A stretch of DNA of 40,383 bases from Nitrospirota bacterium (GTDB lineage: Bacteria; Nitrospirota; UBA9217), in NCBI GenBank assembly GCA_029858565.1, contig JAOUEV010000032.1, positions 1 to 40,383 on the forward strand, read 5' to 3'. Positions 10,162 to 18,793 of this stretch are shown piece after piece. Below the pieces are notes generated by a model. The model worked only from the letters and a program-made list of their open reading frames with translations. It was not told where the DNA came from and did no database searches. Numbering within the stretch: position 1 is the first letter of the stretch; each line of letters begins with the position of its first letter. The position numbers were made by a program, and so were the translations under genes.

Positions 10162-10190
10162 CTTTTACCAGAAACACGCTGGGAAGTCAA
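10162..10190 (-). promoter_or_regulatory. Probable sigma70 promoter of the ppi-arg-lys operon
   Basis: Minus strand TTGACT-17 nt-TAAAAG with TGn extension. Confidence 0.4.
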
Positions 10191-10233
10191 ATAAAAGCAT
10201 GGACTTAGCAGCCTGGACCTGCGCAGGAATCCA

Positions 10234-10263
10234 TTGACGCTGCACAGGTGCCATTGCTATACT
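10234..10263 (+). promoter_or_regulatory. Sigma70 promoter of the PilZ gene
   Basis: TTGACG-18 nt-TATACT with extended TGn. Confidence 0.6.
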
Positions 10264-10295
10264 TCACCCAGAGAATGACAGCGAGGTGGCTCGAA

Positions 10296-10700
10296 ATGGC
10301 GGATACACCGGCAGAACGCAGAGAGTTCATCAGGGTCCCGTTCAAGACCAACATCACGGTTCGCACTCCTGACCGGACGATCTGGCACAGCAATACCGCA
10401 GATATCAGTTTGACAGGATTGCGCGTCTATATCAGCGAGCCGCCGCCGCCCCTTGACACTCCCTGTGAGATCGAGATCGTTCTCTCGGAGACCGGCGAAC
10501 CGGTCATCATTGAAGCACGCGGGATCATCGTCCGATCGGATCCGGGCACGCTCGCTGTGCATGTAAGCGAGATCGACCTCGACAGTTATACCCACCTGAC
10601 CCAGCTGATCCTGAACAACGCCGGAGATATCGCACGGGCGGAGCAGGAAATATCCTCCCACCGGGGCATTCGGAAACCGCCCGCAGGTCCGGACACATAA
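10296..10700 (+). CDS. Stand-alone PilZ domain protein (c-di-GMP receptor)
   Basis: RREFIR (RxxxR) and DISLTG (DxSxxG); SD GAGGT before ATG 10296. Confidence 0.88.
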   Translation: MADTPAERREFIRVPFKTNITVRTPDRTIWHSNTADISLTGLRVYISEPPPPLDTPCEIEIVLSETGEPVIIEARGIIVRSDPGTLAVHVSEIDLDSYTHLTQLILNNAGDIARAEQEISSHRGIRKPPAGPDT

Positions 10701-10856
10701 GATCCGGCGCAGCAGGTCCGTACGATCTCATCGAGAGCGGCTCGTGAGAGAGCGCGGTCCTTTCAGGATCGCATCGTCAGATCCCTCCCGCGAGATCCCG
10801 CACTGGGAATCCTGTTGCTGTCGACTTCTTCGCTTGGAATAAGGGGGGGGGAGAGG

Positions 10857-11534
10857 CTAGGCTTTTGCGAGCACACCCTGATGCATACGCAGGCGCGTCT
10901 TGGCCCGTGCTGCCAGATCGGTATTATGGGTCACCATCATGAACGTGGTCCCCTGCTGCTCGTTCATGCGCAGGAAAAAGTCCATCATTTCCGCTTCGGT
11001 TTCCTCGTCCAGGTCTCCGGTCGGTTCATCAGCCAGGATCAGCTCCGGTCCGTTCATGAAGGCACGAGCGATCGCTACCCGGCGCTGCTGGCCGCCGGAA
11101 AGTTGCGCTGGATAGGCATTGATCTTGTCCCCCAGACCCACAGCCCGCAGCAACTCCTCGGCGCGCGCATCCATACCGTTGGAGGGTTGAACCGACCGGA
11201 AGGCAACAGGGAGAAGCAGGTTCTCCTTCGCCGTCAAAATGGGAAGCAGGCTGGCGGACTGGAACATGAATCCTATCTTTTCGCAACGGTACTCGGAAAG
11301 CTGGTCGCTGGTCCACGTATAGATGTTCTCGCCGTTGAACAGTATGTTCCCCTGCGTCGGGTTCACCATGCCCCCGATGAGGGAAAGCAGGGTCGTTTTG
11401 CCTGATCCCGAATGCCCCACAATGGACACGAACTCGCCCTTCGCGATGTCTGCGGAAGCGCCCCTGACCGCGGCAAGGGACTCGCTTCCCACCGCGTACT
11501 CCTTCGAAACATTGGTCAATACGATCTGGCCCAT
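10857..11534 (-). CDS. ABC transporter ATP-binding protein (LolD/MacB type)
   Basis: GHSGSGKT, LSGGQQRRVAIARA, ILADEPTGDLD, VTH. Confidence 0.95.
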   Translation of the reverse strand: MGQIVLTNVSKEYAVGSESLAAVRGASADIAKGEFVSIVGHSGSGKTTLLSLIGGMVNPTQGNILFNGENIYTWTSDQLSEYRCEKIGFMFQSASLLPILTAKENLLLPVAFRSVQPSNGMDARAEELLRAVGLGDKINAYPAQLSGGQQRRVAIARAFMNGPELILADEPTGDLDEETEAEMMDFFLRMNEQQGTTFMMVTHNTDLAARAKTRLRMHQGVLAKA

Positions 11535-11538
11535 ATCG

Positions 11539-12726
11539 TCACTCCGCCTTGATCACCGTGAGAGGTTCCAGTTTTTTCAGCCGCTGGATCGGCCCCAGCG
11601 CACCAAGGACGCAGATGAGCATCCCTCCGACAAAGCTGGCCAATGCAATGAGCGACCGTTCGGTCATCGACAGGTCTGTGGACAGCTGTTTCACGATCGT
11701 GAACCCCTTAGCGAGCACAACTGACAAGAACGATCCGAACAGGATCCCGAGGACGCTCCCCAAAACGCCGATGACGACCACCTCCGCCAGATAGAGGTTC
11801 ATGATGTGGGATTCCTTCGCCCCGATGGACCGCATGATGCCTACTTCCTTGGCCCGTTCGTTCGCGATCGCCGTAAAGATCGCCCAGACGAGGAAGAAAG
11901 ACATGATCGCTGCGAGGATGATCGTCATGGTGAAGATCCGGCTCATGTCCTTGAGCGTCGCAATGATGTTCTTGCCGATGTCCTTTCGCGCCATGGCATC
12001 GGCGTCAATGATCGTGTTCTCAACCTCCGCGGCAACCGTAGCCGGGTTGACGCCGGGATTCACCTTGACAAAGACAAGCGATATCTGGCCTGGCTTCACC
12101 GTGACCTTGCCGCTCTTGATGATGTCATTGAGGTTGTCTGTGGTGATAAAGACCGCGTTGTCCAGGCCCGTGCCGGTCTTGTCCATGGTCCCTACGATCT
12201 TGAACATGCTGCCGAAGAGCTTGCTGTCCACATCCACGAGGCCCAGGCGGATATTGAACGATGATTCGGACCCGGCCACGGCTTCGCCCTTCTTGAGCTT
12301 CCGTTTCAATTTCTCGATCAGCCAGGGACCGACGATGAAATCCGTATCCTGATTGTACGCCACGACCATCGCTTCAGGCACGGAACAGCACAGGGTTGCC
12401 AGCGTCACGAGATAGACCTGCTCAGTGACCGCGGCAACGCCGTTGATCGCGGCAACGCGGTCCATGATGCTCCTGTCCATATAAAAGGACTTGGTCTTGT
12501 TCTCGAGCAGGATTTCCTCCGTGGCGCCCCGGGCTCCGGTGGGCACAACGATCAGATCGGCGCCCAGCCTCTCCGAAGCCTTCCTGATGCTGCCGTTCAC
12601 GCGCTGCACGAAGGAAAGCGAGAAGACAAGCGCTGAGACCAGTAGCCCGATGGCAAAAACAAGGATAGCCGTCCGCGTCGGTTTACGCTTGATATTCTTG
12701 ACCGAAAAAGAAAGGAGTCGTGTCAT
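11539..12726 (-). CDS. ABC permease, MacB/LolE (FtsX) family, with Cys-Cys motif in the extracytoplasmic domain
   Basis: One N-terminal TM, large soluble domain containing LATLCCSV, ERAKEVGIMRSIGA, three C-terminal TMs. Confidence 0.9.
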   Translation of the reverse strand: MTRLLSFSVKNIKRKPTRTAILVFAIGLLVSALVFSLSFVQRVNGSIRKASERLGADLIVVPTGARGATEEILLENKTKSFYMDRSIMDRVAAINGVAAVTEQVYLVTLATLCCSVPEAMVVAYNQDTDFIVGPWLIEKLKRKLKKGEAVAGSESSFNIRLGLVDVDSKLFGSMFKIVGTMDKTGTGLDNAVFITTDNLNDIIKSGKVTVKPGQISLVFVKVNPGVNPATVAAEVENTIIDADAMARKDIGKNIIATLKDMSRIFTMTIILAAIMSFFLVWAIFTAIANERAKEVGIMRSIGAKESHIMNLYLAEVVVIGVLGSVLGILFGSFLSVVLAKGFTIVKQLSTDLSMTERSLIALASFVGGMLICVLGALGPIQRLKKLEPLTVIKAE

Positions 12727-12779
12727 AAAGTTCGCCTGTCAGATCAGTAGTGTATCCCGCTTTCGCAAGGCTTGGTTCT

Positions 12780-12808
12780 ATAATACCCGAAGAGCCCTCA
12801 GCACGCAA
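12780..12808 (-). promoter_or_regulatory. Probable sigma70 promoter for the ABC pair
   Basis: Minus strand TTGCGT-17 nt-TATTAT, ~55 nt upstream of the ATG at 12726. Confidence 0.45.
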
Positions 12809-12838
12809 GTAGCAAGCGTCCGTTGGCAGTGCATGGGC

Positions 12839-12874
12839 AAAAAAAACCTCTCCCCGCACAGCGCGGGGAGAGGT
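12839..12874 (-). terminator. Intrinsic terminator after the propeller gene
   Basis: Minus strand ACCTCTCCCCGC-loop-GCGGGGAGAGGT followed by a T run. Confidence 0.85.
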
Positions 12875-12902
12875 CGTTCCTTCGAAAAACAACGAACGAC
12901 GA

Positions 12903-14042
12903 CTACTTGTAATTCGCGTCGATGCCGCAAAGCACGGCATTCTTGTCGCCAAGACCCATGCCCTTGTGGCAGCCGAGACAAACCGAGATCTGTTTATCAA
13001 GGACCTTTTTATTGGCGGCATCATAGACCATGACCGTACCATCGGTGATGTCCACGGGCTTGCCGTCCTTTACGATCGCCTTTCCATCCGTATCGCAACC
13101 CTCGGTCACCGAGCGGATCGTCAGGAGCGCGTACTTGCTATCCGGAGTCGGCATGGCATCATGAAGCTGCGAGCCCTCAGGCATCATCTTTTCGTCCACG
13201 AGCGTCAGCTTCTTGGCATCGAGGACCCAAAGACGGTCGGCCACGGACTGCGTGATGTACTTGCCATCTGGCGTGAAGTACATCCGGAAGGTAATGCTGT
13301 TCTTCGGGTCGCCCTTCAGGGTGTTCTTGGCAAGGACCTTGAACTTGCCCTTCTCGAGCGATGCCATGTCCACAAGAACGAAATCGATCTCGCCGGTCGC
13401 ATTGCCGTCCTTCACCACGTTCATGGTCAGGAGGAAGGACTTCATGTCCGGCGAATTGATGCCGTGCACGAACTTATAGGAACCCTTTGCATAGCCGATG
13501 TCGCTCACGAACACACGATGCTTGTGCGCCAGGTCCTTCTTGTCGAACACGTCCACATAACCCTCGACACCCATGAACACCGGCATGAAGTATTCCTTGC
13601 TCTGGCCGGAGGCGCAGTACTTCGGGCCCTTGCCCACTGCACGCGCATCTGGATCGACCGCCAGGTCCTTGATCACCTTGCCGGTCTTGAGGTCGGTCTT
13701 GCCGACATGAATCTTACCGTTGGCGTCCAGCACGTAGGTGGACCAGAACATGACGTTCGAATCGTTCGTGTCGATCCGGGCGTCGTGGGTTGCATACTGC
13801 TTGTCGCCGATCACCACGCGGTCCAGGTTCTTGATCTTCACGGGTTCCGCTGCATTGCTGGGATCCACGGTCACATCAGCGGCGGCGAAATGTCCGCCCA
13901 TGCCAGCGACATATATCATTGCCGAATAGGTCGGGCCTGCGGCCACCGCCACCGGCGCCGAAACGGGCGCCACGGTGGTAAGGCCCAGATAGGCCACCAC
14001 GATCACTGCTACGATTCCTGCCAACACCGCATACTTTTTCAT
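12903..14042 (-). CDS. Exported or membrane-anchored probable beta-propeller protein with a single C-terminal CxxCH; function unknown
   Basis: Hydrophobic N-terminus; blade-like turns (SPDMK, TPDGKY, TPDSKYA); CLGCH near the C-terminus; SD AGGGGAG before ATG 14042; strong codon bias. Confidence 0.7.
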   Translation of the reverse strand: MKKYAVLAGIVAVIVVAYLGLTTVAPVSAPVAVAAGPTYSAMIYVAGMGGHFAAADVTVDPSNAAEPVKIKNLDRVVIGDKQYATHDARIDTNDSNVMFWSTYVLDANGKIHVGKTDLKTGKVIKDLAVDPDARAVGKGPKYCASGQSKEYFMPVFMGVEGYVDVFDKKDLAHKHRVFVSDIGYAKGSYKFVHGINSPDMKSFLLTMNVVKDGNATGEIDFVLVDMASLEKGKFKVLAKNTLKGDPKNSITFRMYFTPDGKYITQSVADRLWVLDAKKLTLVDEKMMPEGSQLHDAMPTPDSKYALLTIRSVTEGCDTDGKAIVKDGKPVDITDGTVMVYDAANKKVLDKQISVCLGCHKGMGLGDKNAVLCGIDANYK

Positions 14043-14232
14043 ATCAACGTCTCCCCTTTCCTTGTCTATGGTTTTTCTTGAGCGAGCCGGTCGATCAGGC
14101 TCACCGTCCAAACAACGATAATGCATGTTCAATCCGTTGGTTGCTAGTAACTGCCCCTCTCACCTCCTTTGGGAACGTCGGGTTCATCTTTCAGTGTAAC
14201 CAGTTAAGCATTATGACCGCACAAGGACCGGA

Positions 14233-14730
14233 TCAATTTCCCCCGTGCATCGGGATTTCTTTCGGCTTCTCGAATCGGACAGGCACCTGCAACTGACCGG
14301 ACCGCTCAAAGGTCAGGGTGAGCAGCATGTCCGAACCGTCCTGCACGGTCTTCGGCATATTGAACACCATGATATGGAGGCTTCTCGGCTTCAGCTCCAG
14401 GGTATCGCGGGACGGCACCTTCATCCGGTCTACCTTTACCATCTTGCCGTCCTTGATGTCGTGCAGTTCGACCGTCGCAGCGGGAATGTTCACAGACGCC
14501 GCCAGCAACGTGTCCCGGCCCCCGGCATTCTTGATCTTCATGAAGAGGGAGCCGACTCCAAAGAACATTGGCGACAGATTCGCGTACTGTCCTTCAACGG
14601 TGATCTGCGGAGGCTGCGACGTACACCCCGACCCCGCAAGAGTTACCAGGCTGAAAATAAGTATACCCACCGCCAGGAACAGGCTCCCGTTCCTGAATGC
14701 TGATAGATGCAACGAATAATTTTTAGACAT
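14233..14730 (-). CDS. Copper chaperone PCu(A)C
   Basis: VELH-x6-M...LKPRSLHIM copper motif, LTLTFERSG, N-terminal membrane or lipoprotein anchor. Confidence 0.88.
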   Translation of the reverse strand: MSKNYSLHLSAFRNGSLFLAVGILIFSLVTLAGSGCTSQPPQITVEGQYANLSPMFFGVGSLFMKIKNAGGRDTLLAASVNIPAATVELHDIKDGKMVKVDRMKVPSRDTLELKPRSLHIMVFNMPKTVQDGSDMLLTLTFERSGQLQVPVRFEKPKEIPMHGGN

Positions 14731-14993
14731 AATAATATAATGAAAGGCGCAACAATTTTCTTGAAAAAACAAACATCGTTATTGTCTTCAGGGTGCGGCA
14801 TTTTAGAACAGCCTCAACTACTAAGTCAACGTAAAATTCTAATTTTGCTTCTGCTATAGCGCTAGAATCGCTTACATTCGCTTATCCTGGCAAGCGTTAC
14901 TTCCGGTGATAAACCGCTTCTCAGAACAGGCTTTCTCTGCTACAATAGCTGTACAATATTTCGATATTTCTTAACTGAAAGGAGATCGACCAT

Positions 14994-15419
14994 ATGGTTC
15001 AGAAGGCAAGTACTGCACTGACCGACATGATGCAGCAGGCGATCGCCCGGGAGATCCAGGTGAGCGTTCAGTATATGTGGCAGCATATCATGGCCAAGGG
15101 GCTGGAGTCGGCCGAGATCGCCGACGTGTTCGAGGAAGTCGCCGTGGCCGAGATGAAGCACGCGGAGAAGATCGCCGAACGGCTCTTCTATTTCGATGTG
15201 GTTCCCACGACCAAGCCGTCGCCGATCAAGGTAGGCGGCTCGCTCAAGGAAATGCTGGAAGCCGATGCTCTTGCGGAAGAAGAGGCTATCGAACTCTACA
15301 AAGCGATCGTCAAGCAGGCTGATTCGGAGGGGGACAGCACGACGCGGCTGCTGTTCGAGCAGATCCTGTCAGACGAAGAAGAGCACCACGACCAGTTTAC
15401 CACGCTCTTGGGCAGATAA
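14994..15419 (+). CDS. Ferritin-like (bacterioferritin-related) di-iron protein
   Basis: E...QY, EMKHAE, EEEAI.LY, DEEEHH ferroxidase motifs; SD AAGGAG. Confidence 0.9.
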   Translation: MVQKASTALTDMMQQAIAREIQVSVQYMWQHIMAKGLESAEIADVFEEVAVAEMKHAEKIAERLFYFDVVPTTKPSPIKVGGSLKEMLEADALAEEEAIELYKAIVKQADSEGDSTTRLLFEQILSDEEEHHDQFTTLLGR

Positions 15420-15447
15420 AGCAAAGCGCAGGTTATTGTAAACAACT

Positions 15448-15485
15448 GAAAAGGCCGAAGCGTCATATCGCTTCGGCCTTTTTCA
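15448..15485. terminator. Bidirectional intrinsic terminator
   Basis: AAAAGGCCGAAGCG-loop-CGCTTCGGCCTTTT between convergent genes. Confidence 0.88.
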
Positions 15486-15494
15486 TCACGGCAT

Positions 15495-16238
15495 TTACAG
15501 CTTGCCAGGACTGTAGATCCTCTCAAGGAGCTTCCGGTCGTCAAGGACCTTGTCATGGAGCCAGGGCATATACTCCAGGGTCACCACCCCGCCCCAGTTC
15601 AGTTCCTGCAGACGATCAAGGATGTCCATGCAGAATCCGTCGCGATCGATGGGCTGATGTTTGCGGGCAATGCCCTTCAGCTCCCGGTCGCGGATTACCG
15701 CTGACAGGTGTAGGTTCACGATGTGGGTGTGGTAGGTCTCAATGACCCAGGTGATCTCGGACTTCGGCAGCCGCGACGTATCAAGCACCATCGGCAACTG
15801 ATGGCTCATGATCAGGTCCGGAGGCAGCACCCGCTTTTTGTCCCAGAAGGTCTCCACGGCAATGGTCACCTTGGTACGGTCCTGCAGGTGTTGGATATTG
15901 TCCAGCACCGGCTGGTGTTCTTCCTTCTTCCTTCCGGCTGCCGCGATCTCGGGGTGGAGCACGACAATGCCCGCGTTGACCGCTTCCGCAAACTGAACCG
16001 TCCTCCCCGCCCAGTCAAGAAAAGCATCGTCAGCAAGATTGCCGTCAGCAGCGTGGACAGAGAATACGGGAACCCGGTAGGAACGCACCTGCTTTTCGAC
16101 CTCGGCTAGACGATCGCGGCCGTGCTGGAACTCATCAACGTCCGAAGGGAACGCCAGTTCGATCGGGACGCCCTCGAGCTTCTTCAGCCGGGCGTTGCTG
16201 TTGGAAAACTCGATCTGTCGTCGGACACAAAATCGCAT
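15495..16238 (-). CDS. Xylose isomerase-like TIM barrel (sugar phosphate isomerase/epimerase family)
   Basis: FSVHA, VVLHP, IAVET, LDTS, NLHLS, H-QP, VTLEY metal-ligand pattern. Confidence 0.75.
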   Translation of the reverse strand: MRFCVRRQIEFSNSNARLKKLEGVPIELAFPSDVDEFQHGRDRLAEVEKQVRSYRVPVFSVHAADGNLADDAFLDWAGRTVQFAEAVNAGIVVLHPEIAAAGRKKEEHQPVLDNIQHLQDRTKVTIAVETFWDKKRVLPPDLIMSHQLPMVLDTSRLPKSEITWVIETYHTHIVNLHLSAVIRDRELKGIARKHQPIDRDGFCMDILDRLQELNWGGVVTLEYMPWLHDKVLDDRKLLERIYSPGKL

Positions 16239-16449
16239 AATCTTCTTGCGGGTTCCGCTTACGAGCCTCCCTTGCTGACTTTGGAGGAGGCGTCTTTTTC
16301 ATCCTTTTGGACAGCCGGGCACAATTATAGCATTGTACTGAATAAAAGGGGGAATTTCTGCAGTGTATTTTTTCGAGGAGGGAAAGCAGCGGCGTTATCG
16401 CCGAGTCCGGCGCAACAGGGAATTCACAGCACTTGCTGAGTATAAAGAA

Positions 16450-16526
16450 TGGCGGGGCGGACGGGGCTCGAACCCGCGACCTCCGGCGTGACAGGCCGGC
16501 GTTCTAACCAGCTGAACTACCACCCC
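16450..16526 (-). tRNA. tRNA-Asp (GTC)
   Basis: GGGGTGGTAGTTCAGCTGGTTAGAACGCCGGCCTGTCACGCCGG...GTTCGAG...CCCCGCCA; 77 nt, CCA encoded. Confidence 0.97.
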
Positions 16527-16594
16527 AACGAGAAGTGCGTAACGCGGAATGAGAAACGTGCATAGAAAACTTCGCACTCCGCACTGAACTGCTA

Positions 16595-16670
16595 TGGTAG
16601 GCGGAACAGGGATCGAACCTGTGACCCCAGCCTTGTAAGGGCTGTGCTCTCCCAGCTGAGCTATCCGCCC
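16595..16670 (-). tRNA. tRNA-Val (TAC)
   Basis: GGGCGGATAGCTCAG...CAGCC-CTTACAA-GGCTG...GTTCGATC...CCTACCA; 76 nt. Confidence 0.97.
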
Positions 16671-16813
16671 GTTGCCGCCCTAAACGGAAGTATAAATATC
16701 TATGATTCAACGGGAAAAGTCAAGAAAAAATTGCGCGTCAAGACACGTTGCCCGTTATTGGCGCGAGAAACCGGATCCCCTGCTGCTCGCCAGCCATTTC
16801 CTGCTATGCTCCG

Positions 16814-16857
16814 AAAAAAAACAACAAGTCCGCCCTGCTCATGGCCGGAACGGACCC
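16814..16857 (-). terminator. Probable terminator after rpsU
   Basis: GGGTCCGTTC/GGGCGGACTT stem (several GU pairs) followed by GTTGTTTTTTTT. Confidence 0.5.
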
Positions 16858-16902
16858 GTTTGATCTCTCCGCAAGCTGGAACCGGAGGTCCCGCTGTTCC
16901 GC

Positions 16903-17130
16903 TCAGGACGATTGCGGCTTCGGGCGCGGAGCCGAACCGAACGAGCGCGAACGCCGGAGCAGTTTCCGCTTGCGTTTCTCTGCCTCCAGCTGCTTCCGCT
17001 TCTTTTTCACCGAGGGCTTCTCGTAATGACGCCGCGCTTTCAGCTCGCCAAACAAGCCGTCGAGCTGCAGCTTCTTCTTCAGCGTCCTGAGCGCCTTCTC
17101 GATGTCCCGGGAAAGTACCCTTACCTCCAC
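16903..17130 (-). CDS. rpsU: 30S ribosomal protein bS21
   Basis: IEKALRTLKKK...RRHYEKPSVKKKRK; GTG start overlaps the upstream gene by 10 nt. Confidence 0.93.
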   Translation of the reverse strand: MEVRVLSRDIEKALRTLKKKLQLDGLFGELKARRHYEKPSVKKKRKQLEAEKRKRKLLRRSRSFGSAPRPKPQSS

Positions 17131-17480
17131 GATCGCTTCTTTCCGCCGCCGCCACCGCCGCCGTATCCGCCCCGGTCCCTGTCTCCGCCACCGTATCCAC
17201 CACCACCGTATCCGCCCGATCGGGGCCGGTCGGTCTTCGGACGGGCCTCGTTCACCGTGATCGTCCGATCGAACAATGTCGTTCCGTTCATCGTGCTGAT
17301 GGCCTTTTCCGCATCTTCATTGTTCGCCATTTCTACGAATCCAAATCCCTTGGACCTGCCGTTGGTCTGGTCGATGATCAATGTTGCCGACTGGACCTCG
17401 CCGATCTTGGCGAAGGCCTCGCGCAGGTCATCTTCGGTAGTGCTGTACGACAGATTTCCGACATAAAGCTTTTTTGCCAT
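17121..17480 (-). CDS. RRM RNA-binding protein with Gly-rich tail
   Basis: RNP2 LYVGNL, RNP1 KGFGFVEM, VNEARP, GGYGGG repeats. Confidence 0.95.
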   Translation of the reverse strand: MAKKLYVGNLSYSTTEDDLREAFAKIGEVQSATLIIDQTNGRSKGFGFVEMANNEDAEKAISTMNGTTLFDRTITVNEARPKTDRPRSGGYGGGGYGGGDRDRGGYGGGGGGGKKRSWR

Positions 17481-17581
17481 GGTGCCTCCCTGTACTGCCT
17501 GTAGTGGGCGTCAGCCAGATCCTCCGACGCTTGCTGCACCGGCCCCTGCGGGCCGGAAGATGGTCCTCATATCACCCTAAG

Positions 17582-18793
17582 CTACCTGCGCCATGCCTCG
17601 CGACGCCCCTGCATGCCTGTTCCCGCTCCGCGATAGGAGGATTGCCGGCGACGTCCGCTCTGCGGCTCGAGGCCGGGCAGAACGTGACGGGGCAGGCTCT
17701 TCCCGATGTACCGTTCGATCCGCTGGAGCGAATCGATCTCCCGGCCGGAAACGAAGGAAATGGCGATCCCCGACGCGCCGGCCCGACCGGTACGTCCGAT
17801 CCGGTGCACGTAGTCCTCGGCATTCTTCGGCAGATCATAATTGATGACATGGGTGATCCCGGAGACATCGAGTCCCCGTGCCGCGACATCGGTTGCGACC
17901 AGGAGGCGAACGTTGCCCCTCCGCATCTTCGTGATCGCACGGTTCCGCGCGCCCTGCGTCATGTCGCCGTGCAGCGCTTCGGCTGCATGTCCCTGCTCCG
18001 CCAGTTCGCGCGCGAGCTGGTCGGCATGGCGTTTTGTGCTCGAAAAGATGATGGCCTTGGTCATGGCCGTATCCGCGATGAGCCGGTGCAGCATCTTGCT
18101 TTTATGCTGCATGTCGTCGGCGGTGTGAAGCCGCTGTTCGATGGTCTCGAGGGTCCGCTGCTTGCCGGCAATGGCGATCCGCTCCGGCTCCTTGAGAAGC
18201 CGCTTTGCCAGTGTTTCCATTGCCCGGTCCCACGTCGCAGTGAACAGCAGGGTCTGACGATCAGCAGGCGTAGCCGCCGTGATGGTCTGGACCGCCTCGC
18301 TGAATCCCATATCAAGCATACGGTCCGCTTCGTCCAGGACCAGCAGTTCGAGGCGCGAGAAATCCACACGTCCGCGTTCCAGGTGGTCGATCAGCCGGCC
18401 CGGTGTTGCGACCACAAGATCAACAGGCTGGGACAGAAGGCGCTGCTGCTCGTAATACGGAACACCGCCGAGGATCGCTCCGCTCCTGATGCGCATGAAC
18501 CGTCCGTAGGTACGTACGGCATCGCTCACCTGGTTTGCGAGTTCCCGCGTCGGTGTGAGCACTAGCACGCGGGGTCCCTTGCCCCGTCGTGAGGGGGGAA
18601 TACCGATACGCTGAAGCGCCGGAAGCACAAATGCTGCGGTCTTGCCGGTGCCGGTCTGGGCCGTGGCGATAAGATCGCGGCCCGCCAGCGCACGGGGGAT
18701 GGCCTGCGACTGGATCTCCGTGGGTTGCGTGTATCCGCACATTTCGATGGCCTTGAGAATAGGTGCTGAGAGTTCAAGCGAGGTAAAAGACAT
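17582..18793 (-). CDS. DEAD-box RNA helicase (RhlE-like)
   Basis: Q motif, TGTGKT, PTRELA, DEAD, TAT, TDVAARGLD, HRIGRTGRAG; SD TAAGGAG before ATG 18793. Confidence 0.96.
   Translation of the reverse strand: MSFTSLELSAPILKAIEMCGYTQPTEIQSQAIPRALAGRDLIATAQTGTGKTAAFVLPALQRIGIPPSRRGKGPRVLVLTPTRELANQVSDAVRTYGRFMRIRSGAILGGVPYYEQQRLLSQPVDLVVATPGRLIDHLERGRVDFSRLELLVLDEADRMLDMGFSEAVQTITAATPADRQTLLFTATWDRAMETLAKRLLKEPERIAIAGKQRTLETIEQRLHTADDMQHKSKMLHRLIADTAMTKAIIFSSTKRHADQLARELAEQGHAAEALHGDMTQGARNRAITKMRRGNVRLLVATDVAARGLDVSGITHVINYDLPKNAEDYVHRIGRTGRAGASGIAISFVSGREIDSLQRIERYIGKSLPRHVLPGLEPQSGRRRQSSYRGAGTGMQGRREAWRR

Noticed and set aside
12903-14042. Calling the propeller NosZ or NirS
   Set aside because: Too short, no CuA domain or Tat motif, no N-terminal cytochrome c domain, and no nosD or nir genes nearby
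16450-16670. tRNAs as integration site for the defence island
   Set aside because: The island is about 6 kb away; no duplicated tRNA 3' end or integrase seen
16395-16710. Small ORFs over the tRNA region
   Set aside because: They overlap two clear tRNA genes
17140-17220. CCGCCACCGTAT-like repeats
   Set aside because: They encode the ordinary GGYGGG tail of the RRM protein
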